The position numbers were made by a program, and so were the translations under genes. The notes beneath the pieces are model-generated. The model ran no database searches. It was not told the DNA's origin and saw nothing but the letters and a program-made list of their open reading frames with translations. Shown one piece after another: positions 1 to 7,591 of a stretch of 12,026 nucleotides of DNA. The number at the start of each line of letters is the position of its first letter. Positions within the stretch are counted from its first letter, which is position 1. Source of the stretch: Deinococcales bacterium. Its GTDB lineage: Bacteria; Deinococcota; Deinococci; Deinococcales; JAAFIG01. The stretch spans positions 1 through 12,026 of the forward strand of contig JANNVX010000003.1 in assembly GCA_031414595.1 (NCBI GenBank), in the 5' to 3' direction.

Positions 1-136
1 ACGTGTTGCGGAATACGAAGTGGTATTGCTCTGATTGGTTTATGGAGATTGCTTGTGGTTTGCATAACCTTCGCTGTGCTTTTCGCAAACGGGCTTTGCG
101 GAAATCGAGCTAGTTTCTTATTTCCGATAACGTCTA
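1..136 (+). mobile_element. Right end of an IS5-family (ISL2-like, DDE_Tnp_4-type) insertion sequence, inserted in the FtsK/EccC-like gene
   Basis: Frame 3 (3..113, not in the ORF track) reads VLRNTKWYCSDWFMEIACGLHNLRCAFRKRALRKSS*, resembling the 'RN....D..MEIACGLHNLR' C-terminus of DDE_Tnp_4 transposases. It is followed by ...TTATTTCCGATAACGTCTA, similar to ISL2-group ends. Recognisable ATPase sequence (IEQRL...) begins exactly at 136. Confidence 0.7.
3..113 (+). CDS. Transposase C-terminal fragment (IS5/ISL2-like), 5'-truncated by the window edge
   Basis: Manual translation of frame 3 gives 36 codons ending at TAG 111-113 and containing IACGLHNLR. Confidence 0.7.
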   Translation: MLRNTKWYCSDWFMEIACGLHNLRCAFRKRALRKSS

Positions 137-2325
137 TTGAACAACGTTTAGCCGAAATTACCGAACATATGGAAAATGTTATTCAAAAATACTTACGAAA
201 TGAATACAAAGACATTGACGAATACAATACAAAAGCAGGAGAAATTGCCGAAGCCTATCGTCTCCTTGTGGTTTATGATTTTCCAGTTAATTTCTCTGAG
301 ACTGCTGCAAAACGTCTGGTTAGTATCATTCAGAATGGTCCTCGGTGTGGTGTGTACACATTACTGACAATGGATACGACAAAACCTTTACCATATGGGT
401 TCAATCCTCAGCAACTGATGCAAAACATCAATGTGATTGAAGCCCATGAAAAAAAATTCTTTTGGAAAGAATTTGAACACCCACAAGTACACTTTGAATT
501 TTCTTCACTTCCTATATCTGATCAAATAAATACCTCTCTGGATGAGATTGGACGTAAAGCCAAAGAAGCCAGTAAAATCGAAGTGCCATTTGAAAAAATC
601 GCTAAACCACAAGCCGATTGGTGGCGCAGCAGCACAGGCGAAAGTGTTAAGGCAATCCTTGGACCTTCGGGGGCGCGGACTTTGCAAGAACTCGAGTTTG
701 GGCGTGGCACGGCGCATCATGGTCTGATTGCGGGGCGGACTGGTTCGGGCAAAAGCACTTTGCTTCATGCTTTAATTACTTCGCTTGCCACAGCGTATAG
801 CCCGGCCGAACTCGAGTTGTACCTGATTGACTTTAAGGAGGGCGTAGAATTTAAGCGTTATGCACTGCATAGTTTGCCTCATGCTCGGGTGGTAGCGGTT
901 GAATCCGAACGCGAGTTTGGGGTTAGTGTGCTGCAAGGCTTGGATAAATTGATTGTTGAACGTGGCGATTTGTTTAAGCGCCTTGATGCTAAGAATCTGC
1001 TCGAGGCTCGAGCCAAGTATAATCAGCCGATTCCTCGGGCTTTATTGCTGGTGGATGAATTCCAAGTGTTTTTTCAAGAAGATGATCGGCTTTCCAGCGA
1101 AGCCATGACTTTAATAGATCGCATTGTGCGTCAAGGGCGGAGCTTTGGGGTTCATGTTTTGTTTGGTTCGCAGTCTTTGGCGGGTAGTGCCAGTTTGCCG
1201 CGTCCAATTATGGATCAGATGGGGGTGCGGATTGCCTTGCAGTGTTCGGATGCCGATTCTAGGATTATTCTAGCCGATGATAACCCGCAAGCTCGGTTGT
1301 TATCGCGTCCGGGTGAAGCAATTTATAACGATAAAAACGGTTTGCTCGAGGGTAATAATCGTTTTCAAGTGGCGTTTTTGCGAGATGAAGTCCAAGAACA
1401 AATGTTGATGCAAATTTCTCAGGGGGCAAAAGAAGCGGGTTGGACTCGAGCGCCAATTGTTTTTGAGGGCAATGCGCCGGCTGTTTTTGAAGCTAAATTT
1501 CCTTTGTCCGAACAAATCATGGGGGCTTGGCAAGCTCCTGCTAAACGCTTGCTTGGTTTGATTGGCGAACCGATTGCAATTAAGGCAGCCACCGCCGTTG
1601 GCTTAAAACGCCAAAGTGGTCACAATGTTTTGTTTGTTGGGCAGGACGAAACCCTGACCACTGCCATGCTGACCACCACTTTATTTAGTTTGGCAACCCA
1701 GTTATCGCCTAGGCAGGCTCATTTTTGGGTACTGGATTTTACGGCAACCGAAGACGGGGCAATAAATCCGCTCGAGACGCTACAAAGCAGTTTGCCACAT
1801 TCGTTTAAGTTGGGTAAACGCCGTGAATTGCCACAGTTTTTAACAGCACTGAGTAGCGAACTCAATACTCGGATGGAACTCGAGGGCAGCAGCAGTGGTT
1901 TAGCCAGTCACTTCTTGATCATTGCTGGGGCGGCTCGCGCTCGGGATTTACGCCCTGACGAAAACGCAGCCTATGGCTTTGATGATTCTGCCCCAGAAAG
2001 CCCTGTTTTACAATTGGCTAAATTGTTACGTGAAGGTCCTGAACTTGGGCTTCATACGATCATCACTTGCGATACGGTCATGAATCTCAATCGTACTTTG
2101 GAACGGCGTAGCCTGAGCGAGTTGGACATTCGGGTGGTCTTGCAAATGAGCAGTGAGGACTCGAGTAGCCTGATCGATTCGCCAGCCGCTAATAAACTTG
2201 GGGCGAACCGAGCGCTTTTGTACAGTGTCGAAGAAGGCAAACTCGAGAAATTCCGTCCATACCGAATTCCAGATAGTGCTTGGCTTGGGCAAATTGGTGG
2301 GTTCTTAAAAAATAAGCAAGTCTAG
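136..2325 (+). pseudogene. FtsK/SpoIIIE-domain ATPase, EccC/EssC-like (type VII secretion-like); 3' part of a gene interrupted by the IS at ~135
   Basis: Intact central ATPase domain: HGLIAGRTGSGKS (Walker A), LYLIDFKEGVEF, LLLVDEFQ (Walker B), RQGRSFGVH. Degenerate ATPase-like repeats lie before it (LLVVYDFP...NGPRCGVY) and after it (VLFVGQDE...LLREGPELGLH). The ORF-track N-terminus (49-135) lies within IS sequence. Possible restart at ATG 169. Confidence 0.75.
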
Positions 2326-2331
2326 GGGTGT

Positions 2332-2523
2332 ATGCAAAATACTGAACAATTCCAAGTTACCTTTCGGCGGGTTAAACAAGTCTGGCTCGAGACCAAAGAA
2401 TTGTGGTTGGATCAAACAGCCACAAATTTTGAACAGGATACTTGGTTGCCTTTGGAACTCGAAACGCAGCAACTTTTGAAGTCTTTAGAAGCGCTCGAGC
2501 TTGTGCTGCAAGAAAAAGTTTAA
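2332..2523 (+). CDS. Small helical WXG100-like (W-x-D variant) protein
   Basis: 63 aa, starting 6 nt after the ATPase stop with AGGGG upstream. Pattern W..TKELWLD....F..... PL and amphipathic helices, as seen in small genes beside EccC-like ATPases. Confidence 0.55.
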   Translation: MQNTEQFQVTFRRVKQVWLETKELWLDQTATNFEQDTWLPLELETQQLLKSLEALELVLQEKV

Positions 2524-2559
2524 GGGTTTCACAGAAATCTATGAAGTATCCTTGGACTT

Positions 2560-3018
2560 ATGCTTTGGATTCGAGTTTTGCTGTTGATGTTGTGTTTTTC
2601 CAGTCTTGCCTCTGCCCAAAAATTTGCTTTTGGCGCAAGTCTTTCTGGTGTTGGAGACTTCGGTTCTGGGCTTTTTAACACGGGGCTTCCGGGGACAATT
2701 GGCGTTTCGGCTCGAGTTGAATGGTTGGATTCTTTTGCAACTGGGTTTTCGGTTCGTGCCGATGTTGGCACACGCGGCTTAGAGGCTGGTTTGGTTTGGC
2801 GTTTAGACTTAAGTGCAAATGTCAATGCCACCATAAATTTTGCCTTTGCCTGGCTCGAGTGGCAAAAAATAGGGTTGGTCGGGCGTTTTGGGCTTGAATA
2901 CCGATTCTCGAGTTTTGCTCTTGCCCTCGAGTACGGCTGGCTTAGCCCGTTTACTGGCACACCGAACATCCGCTCAAACTGGTTACTCAGTTTTCTTTGG
3001 TTGGTTGGGATAAAATAA
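2560..3018 (+). CDS. Exported protein, probable small outer-membrane beta-barrel
   Basis: Signal peptide (MLWIRVLLLMLCFSSLASA|Q), then Gly/aromatic-rich segments with alternating hydrophobic residues (FSVRADVG, GRFGLEYRF, ALALEYG). Confidence 0.6.
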   Translation: MLWIRVLLLMLCFSSLASAQKFAFGASLSGVGDFGSGLFNTGLPGTIGVSARVEWLDSFATGFSVRADVGTRGLEAGLVWRLDLSANVNATINFAFAWLEWQKIGLVGRFGLEYRFSSFALALEYGWLSPFTGTPNIRSNWLLSFLWLVGIK

Positions 3019-3023
3019 GCAGC

Positions 3024-3845
3024 GTGGCGAAGAAAAAACAAACTGAATTTTCGTACAGCAATCCAAAAAAACATCCCGAATGGCTAACTGGACTTGGCAT
3101 GGGGGCTTTTATAGGTGTTTGGTTGGGTGTGTTGGCATCGCTTATCAATGCTGACCTCGAGTGGTTTTGGACACTGGGAATATTACTATTTTGTACTGTA
3201 TTAGGGGCTTTTCGGGTCTCGAGAAGCGGTTTGCAAATTTTTGCTGGACTCATAACGGGGTTGGTTGCCCTTGCCATACTCACCCCAGCCTTACAACCCT
3301 TAGAAGATTATTTGGATGTGACCGAGTTACCCAGTCAAGCCGATGTAATTGTTAATCTTGGCGGCGGATATTGGTGCGGCTCGAGCCAACTGGCAGACTC
3401 TTCGTTGGCACGTTCAATCAAAAGCCTTGAACTTTGGCAACAAGGCTATGCAAAAGTTATAACTTTATCGGATGCTCGTTTGCTGCCAAATTGTGGCAGT
3501 ATTGGTGATGCTTCGCTCAACCTAATTCGTACACTCTACCCAAACGCCACGCCTGAAATTGTGGTCTTAAAAGATATGAAAACCACCCGCACCGAAGCCG
3601 AAGCGGTGGCACGAGAAGCCAAGGCACGCGGTTGGAAAAAAATCTTGATCGTCACCAGTCCAACCCACTCGAGACGTGCCAAAGCCACTTTTAACCAATT
3701 AAAACTTGATGTCTTGGTGGTTGCTGCAACCGAACCGCGCTTTGACTCGAGTTTACGCACCCCATTTGACCGACTGATGGCACTGCGGGTAATCACTAGA
3801 GAAATTGCTGGACTAATTAAATACAGTTTATTTGGCTGGTTTTAG
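3024..3845 (+). CDS. YdcF/DUF218 (ElyC/SanA-like) membrane protein
   Basis: N-terminal TM helices, then ADVIVNLGGG, TRTEAEAV and ILIVTSPTHSRRA motifs typical of DUF218. GTG 3024, just after the upstream stop, is preferred over 2997. Confidence 0.85.
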   Translation: MAKKKQTEFSYSNPKKHPEWLTGLGMGAFIGVWLGVLASLINADLEWFWTLGILLFCTVLGAFRVSRSGLQIFAGLITGLVALAILTPALQPLEDYLDVTELPSQADVIVNLGGGYWCGSSQLADSSLARSIKSLELWQQGYAKVITLSDARLLPNCGSIGDASLNLIRTLYPNATPEIVVLKDMKTTRTEAEAVAREAKARGWKKILIVTSPTHSRRAKATFNQLKLDVLVVAATEPRFDSSLRTPFDRLMALRVITREIAGLIKYSLFGWF

Positions 3846-3897
3846 ACACAGATTCTCGAGTCGTAAATTCTTGGCTTAGATAGAACAACTTGTGTAA

Positions 3898-4194
3898 TCA
3901 ATTCGCCACTTTCCCAGATTTACCTTTGGATGAACGGCGATCAGCTGCTTGCCAAAAATTATCAAACGAAACGGTTTTTCCTGCTTTTGCCTGAGCGCGA
4001 CCTTGCACCAGCATCGCTTGAAATTTTGGTGAATACGCTAAAAGTAAGCGCTCGAGGTCATCATCGTTGCTGGGTGCAATAAGCACACCTGCCGTTTTTC
4101 CATTTCTGGTAATCACCACAGGTCCGAAATTGGCAGCTTCGTCAAGGTACTGACTCAGCTTAGCTTTGGCATCTGCCACAGAAATTATTTTCAT
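3898..4194 (-). CDS. Type II antitoxin, Phd/YefM family
   Basis: MKIISVADAKAKLSQYLDEA...GPVVITRNGKTAGVL is the Phd/YefM N-terminal signature. Overlaps the upstream toxin stop (ATGA). Confidence 0.9.
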   Translation of the reverse strand: MKIISVADAKAKLSQYLDEAANFGPVVITRNGKTAGVLIAPSNDDDLERLLLAYSPKFQAMLVQGRAQAKAGKTVSFDNFWQAADRRSSKGKSGKVAN

Positions 4195-4514
4195 GATGTG
4201 TACTCCTGCCCTGCAATAAATAAGCGATTACCGATTTTAATTCCAATTCCTAGAATGGTGACGATGCGATTTTCAAGGTCAACATCATAAAAGACACGAA
4301 GCCCATTTTGAATTCCAAAACGAATTTCCCAAGTAGACTCAAGTGGGGCTGGTGGTTCAAGTATTTTGCGATTGCGCGTAACTTGGGTTGGTATAAAACT
4401 GAGTTGTTCTAAAATTGTTTCACGGATAAGTTGATGATATTTATTTTCTATGTAGGAAAGATGCTCAAAGACTTGTTCGACAAAAATGATCTGAAAAGGT
4501 AGTGTCTTTGTCAT
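4191..4514 (-). CDS. Type II toxin, RelE/ParE superfamily
   Basis: 107 aa with WEIRFG...LRVFYDVD...VTILGIGIK RelE-like C-terminal strands. Translationally coupled to the Phd gene. Confidence 0.8.
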   Translation of the reverse strand: MTKTLPFQIIFVEQVFEHLSYIENKYHQLIRETILEQLSFIPTQVTRNRKILEPPAPLESTWEIRFGIQNGLRVFYDVDLENRIVTILGIGIKIGNRLFIAGQEYTS

Positions 4515-4521
4515 GACCGTA

Positions 4522-4527
4522 ATTATA
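4522..4527 (-). promoter_or_regulatory. -10 box (TATAAT) 7 nt upstream of the toxin ATG; probable leaderless promoter
   Basis: Perfect TATAAT on the minus strand, with no Shine-Dalgarno between it and the ATG at 4514. Confidence 0.6.
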
Positions 4528-4566
4528 GTCTGAATTCAAATCTTTTTACAAACTAACCTGAACTGA

Positions 4567-4572
4567 TACACT
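4567..4572 (+). promoter_or_regulatory. -10 box (TACACT) 6 nt upstream of the pth ATG; probable leaderless promoter
   Basis: TANNNT at the leaderless spacing, with no Shine-Dalgarno. Confidence 0.55.
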
Positions 4573-4578
4573 ATCCCT

Positions 4579-5187
4579 ATGATTCGCTTGGTGGTTGGTC
4601 TTGGTAATCCTGGTTTGCAGTATGCAAAAAATAGGCACAACATTGGTTTTATGGTCTTAGACGAACTGGCAAAGCGTTTAAGCACCACCTTTATAACTCG
4701 AGGCAACGCACATTTAGCCGAAGCCCGAATTGGCAGTGGCAAATTATTTTTACTCAAACCCCAAACTTTTATGAATCTATCAGGTCATGCAATCGTGCCA
4801 TTCATGCGTTTTCATAAACTCGAGCCAGACCAAGTGCTGGTGATTCACGACGACCTAGACTTGCCCTTTGGTCGGATACGAGTGCGAACTGGAGGCTCGA
4901 GCGGTGGGCAGAACGGTGTCAAACACCTAACCGAACAACTCGGCACAGATGGTTTTGTTAGGCTAAAAATGGGTATCTCGAGACCACCTGCCGCCTGGTC
5001 TGTGCCAAACTGGGTTTTATCAAATTTTGCCCCCGAAGAACTTGTTATGCTCGAGCAACTGATTAAAATTGCCATAGATGCCACCACAGTCATCACCAAG
5101 GACGGTGCGACCGAAGCCCAGAATAAGTTCAACAACACCGATTTACGCCCAAAAGAGGAAGTACAGCTTCTAGCTCCTAGCTCCTAG
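4579..5187 (+). CDS. pth: Peptidyl-tRNA hydrolase
   Basis: LVVGLGNPG..Y..NRHNIGF, KPQTFMNLSG, VIHDDLDLPFG and GGSSGGQNG motifs. Confidence 0.97.
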   Translation: MIRLVVGLGNPGLQYAKNRHNIGFMVLDELAKRLSTTFITRGNAHLAEARIGSGKLFLLKPQTFMNLSGHAIVPFMRFHKLEPDQVLVIHDDLDLPFGRIRVRTGGSSGGQNGVKHLTEQLGTDGFVRLKMGISRPPAAWSVPNWVLSNFAPEELVMLEQLIKIAIDATTVITKDGATEAQNKFNNTDLRPKEEVQLLAPSS

Positions 5188-5240
5188 CTTTTTTTCCTTT
5201 ATCCCTTTGCCCTTCGCCTTTGCCTTTTGCCTTTCGCCTT
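5164..5240 (+). repeat. Short tandem heptamer-type repeats: (TAGCTCC)-like x4, then pyrimidine-rich (CCTTTYG)-like x6
   Basis: CAGCTTC TAGCTCC TAGCTCC TAGCTTT at 5164-5191, then CCTTTAT CCCTTTG CCCTTCG CCTTTG CCTTTTG CCTTTCG at 5196-5236. Confidence 0.75.
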
Positions 5241-5261
5241 ACTTCTGCTATTCTCGAGCCT

Positions 5262-5888
5262 ATGGATTTTCTACCCCTTTCTGAACTCGAGGTGCGAATT
5301 CTTGGTGCGCTGATGGAAAAGCAAATCACCACGCCAGATTTGTACCCGTTGTCCTTAAATAGCCTGACCAATGCCTGTAATCAAAAAAACTCGCGGCAAC
5401 CGGTCAGCAGTTACTCAGAGCGCGAAATCGAAAATGCGCTCGAGGTGATGCGACTCAAAAACCTGACTGGTTTTATTCGTGAACCTGGCGGACGGGTGCA
5501 AAAGTACCAACATTATTTGTCTCGGGAAATGACCCTGAAACCAGATGAACATGCGGTGTTGTGTGTCTTGATGCTACGTGGCGCTCAGACGGTTGGCGAG
5601 TTGCGTGGGCGCTGTGAACCAATCCATAAATTTAGCGAATTAACAGGGGTAGAAACGGTCTTGGAGCGTTTTGCTTCACGGGAATTGGTGGTTAAACTCG
5701 AGAAAAGTGCTGGTGAACGCGATCATCGTTGGACACATCTACTGACAGGTGCGCCAATTTTACCAATTGCCACCGATACGGCTCGAGCCTCGGGCGGAGG
5801 CTCAGACCTGATTAACCGTGTCGAAGCCCTTGAATCCGAGGTGCTGGCATTGAGGGCGGAACTCGAGGCGATTAAAAACCGTTTATGA
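5262..5888 (+). CDS. YceH family (DUF480/UPF0502) protein
   Basis: EVRILGALMEKQITTPDLYPLSLNSLTNACNQKNSRQPV and LMLRGAQTVGELRGR motifs. Start placed at ATG 5262, which follows a TG-c-TATTCT extended -10 (5246-5254), rather than the TTG at 5220 inside the repeat. Confidence 0.92.
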   Translation: MDFLPLSELEVRILGALMEKQITTPDLYPLSLNSLTNACNQKNSRQPVSSYSEREIENALEVMRLKNLTGFIREPGGRVQKYQHYLSREMTLKPDEHAVLCVLMLRGAQTVGELRGRCEPIHKFSELTGVETVLERFASRELVVKLEKSAGERDHRWTHLLTGAPILPIATDTARASGGGSDLINRVEALESEVLALRAELEAIKNRL

Positions 5889-6250
5889 ATCTGGTCTACA
5901 TCGCTGTTTTTGGGGCTTTGGGCAGTCTGGCAAGGTACGGAGTTGGGCTGTGGGGCGCTTCTTACGGCTTATTTTTTCCGTGGGGAACATTGCTGATTAA
6001 CGTTTTAGGCAGTTTGATTCTTGGCTTTGTGGCAACCCTGGCACTCGAGCATCAGCTTTCTGAGACCATGCGCCTTGCCATTGCCGTGGGATTTTGTGGG
6101 GCATTCACGACCTTTAGCACCTTTGAACTCGAGGTCATGAACGCTCTACTCGAGGGACGTGTTTTTGTGGCAGTTGCTTACGTCGCCTCGAGTCTGATTT
6201 TGGGGTTAATTGCCGTTTTTTTGGGACGGGCTTTGGCGCTGCTTATTTAG
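5885..6250 (+). CDS. crcB: Fluoride efflux channel CrcB/FluC
   Basis: GALGSLARY, FPWGTLLINVLGS and GFCGAFTTFSTF motifs; four TM helices. Confidence 0.95.
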   Translation: MNLVYIAVFGALGSLARYGVGLWGASYGLFFPWGTLLINVLGSLILGFVATLALEHQLSETMRLAIAVGFCGAFTTFSTFELEVMNALLEGRVFVAVAYVASSLILGLIAVFLGRALALLI

Positions 6251-7151
6251 GTTGCGGTAAGCCTTTATTGAGCGCATCAAATGCGGCTGGGCGCGGTAGT
6301 GGGCGCATGTTGAACACCAGTTCTTTGGTCTTTTCGTCGCGTCTAAATGGCGACCACCAAACAAAGGTGGCTCGTCCCGCCAAGTCGTCCAAGGTGACAG
6401 GTCCAAAAGCCCTACCGTCTTCGCTACCGCCCGGCGAGCGGTTATCGCCCATCACAAAATACTGATTGTTTTTTAATAAAAACGGTGTGATTTTATAACC
6501 CGCTTTGGCTTTTTCTTCACCACAAGGACTTTCTGGACGAAGTTTATTGGCTTCGGCGGCTTTGTTAAAGTTCCAGTAATCGGAATTGGCTAAGTAGCTG
6601 CAATCATCAAAGCTCTGTTGTTTTTTCCAGTAACTGACGGTGTGGTTTTCATTTACTTTTACACCATTGACGGTTAGGATTCCCTTCTCGAGACTGATTT
6701 TATCGCCCGGAACACCGACAATTCGCTTGATGTAAAACGGTTTGTAAGTCAGACTTGGAATCAGATTCCCGACTAATGGCAATGGTTGAATTCGCCCTGC
6801 ATCTTTGGGTGGTTTCAGCACCACCAAATCACCACGTTTATAACTCATGATACCCAGTTTAGAAAGCCACATTTCATATTTTGGTACAAAAACCCGTTCT
6901 CCATCGCGGATATTGGGTAAGTCGCTCGAGCCAGAGATTGCCACAGTGGTAAAGACAAAAGTGGTGATGACCACGGCAATAATTACGGCTTCACCAATAG
7001 GACGTACCCATTCGCGCCACAAATAGTCTCCGATGTTAGCAAAGACTTTGCTGGCTTTTTTCTTGATTGGCTCTACCACAACTGGCTCGAGTGGCGGACT
7101 TGGCAAAATTTCAGGATTTTCAAGTTCAGGATTAGGTTTATCAGGATTCAT
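6243..7151 (-). CDS. lepB: Signal peptidase I
   Basis: N-terminal TM anchor, box B ISGSSDLPN (catalytic Ser), box C KRGDLVV, box D YIKRIVGVPGD (catalytic Lys), box E YFVMGDNR...SEDGRAFG. GGAG RBS upstream. Confidence 0.93.
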   Translation of the reverse strand: MNPDKPNPELENPEILPSPPLEPVVVEPIKKKASKVFANIGDYLWREWVRPIGEAVIIAVVITTFVFTTVAISGSSDLPNIRDGERVFVPKYEMWLSKLGIMSYKRGDLVVLKPPKDAGRIQPLPLVGNLIPSLTYKPFYIKRIVGVPGDKISLEKGILTVNGVKVNENHTVSYWKKQQSFDDCSYLANSDYWNFNKAAEANKLRPESPCGEEKAKAGYKITPFLLKNNQYFVMGDNRSPGGSEDGRAFGPVTLDDLAGRATFVWWSPFRRDEKTKELVFNMRPLPRPAAFDALNKGLPQPK

Positions 7152-7223
7152 AACAACTCCGGTTAAGCATAGACAGATTTAACACAAAGGCAATTGATAT
7201 TGCCCTAGCCGAACACTCTTTAT

Positions 7224-7547
7224 TTATTCTCGAGGTGGTGCAGTCGCGTCAAATGCCCGTAAAGTCAACGCCCGAGTATCAACCTCGAGCCAAAGCTGAA
7301 CAAATTGGGTTTGGCGAACCTCGAGTGGTACAGGTTGCAAATCCAAACCAATCCCGTAAAGTTGAACTGGAACGGGTTGCCGTACCTCGAGACTTAGGGC
7401 TGTGGCTTTTTGTTCATGAATTGGGCGTTCTAAGGGCGTGAAATGCGTTTCGATTTCTTGCACCACTGCCCTTGCCAATGCCCCACCGCTAATAAAAATC
7501 AGCAGCGCGGCGCAGCGCAGTAACCAGTTATGCAAAGCAGAACGCAT
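7224..7547 (-). CDS. Hypothetical exported small protein ending in ...ATAPPRE (candidate arrest/leader peptide of lepB)
   Basis: Signal-peptide-like N-terminus (..LLIFISGGALA|R), TANNNT box 6-8 nt upstream of the ATG, four CTCGAG sites like neighbouring native genes; fills the gap between lepB and the esterase. Confidence 0.65.
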   Translation of the reverse strand: MRSALHNWLLRCAALLIFISGGALARAVVQEIETHFTPLERPIHEQKATALSLEVRQPVPVQLYGIGLDLQPVPLEVRQTQFVQLWLEVDTRALTLRAFDATAPPRE

Positions 7548-7591
7548 CTGACAAGAGTATACTCATGTTTTTCTGAGAAGATTGTCTTTAG

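Noticed and set aside
49-135. N-terminal TM/signal segment of the 758-aa ATPase
   Set aside because: Lies within IS-derived sequence overlapping the transposase tail; not the native N-terminus.
2529-3283. Antisense ORFs 2529..3074 and 2987..3283, and the other short shadow ORFs in the track
   Set aside because: They lie opposite or inside better-supported genes and have no recognisable motifs.
5188-5885. Fluoride riboswitch for crcB
   Set aside because: crcB overlaps the upstream stop codon, and no GGCGATGG...-type aptamer is visible in the nearby intergenic DNA.
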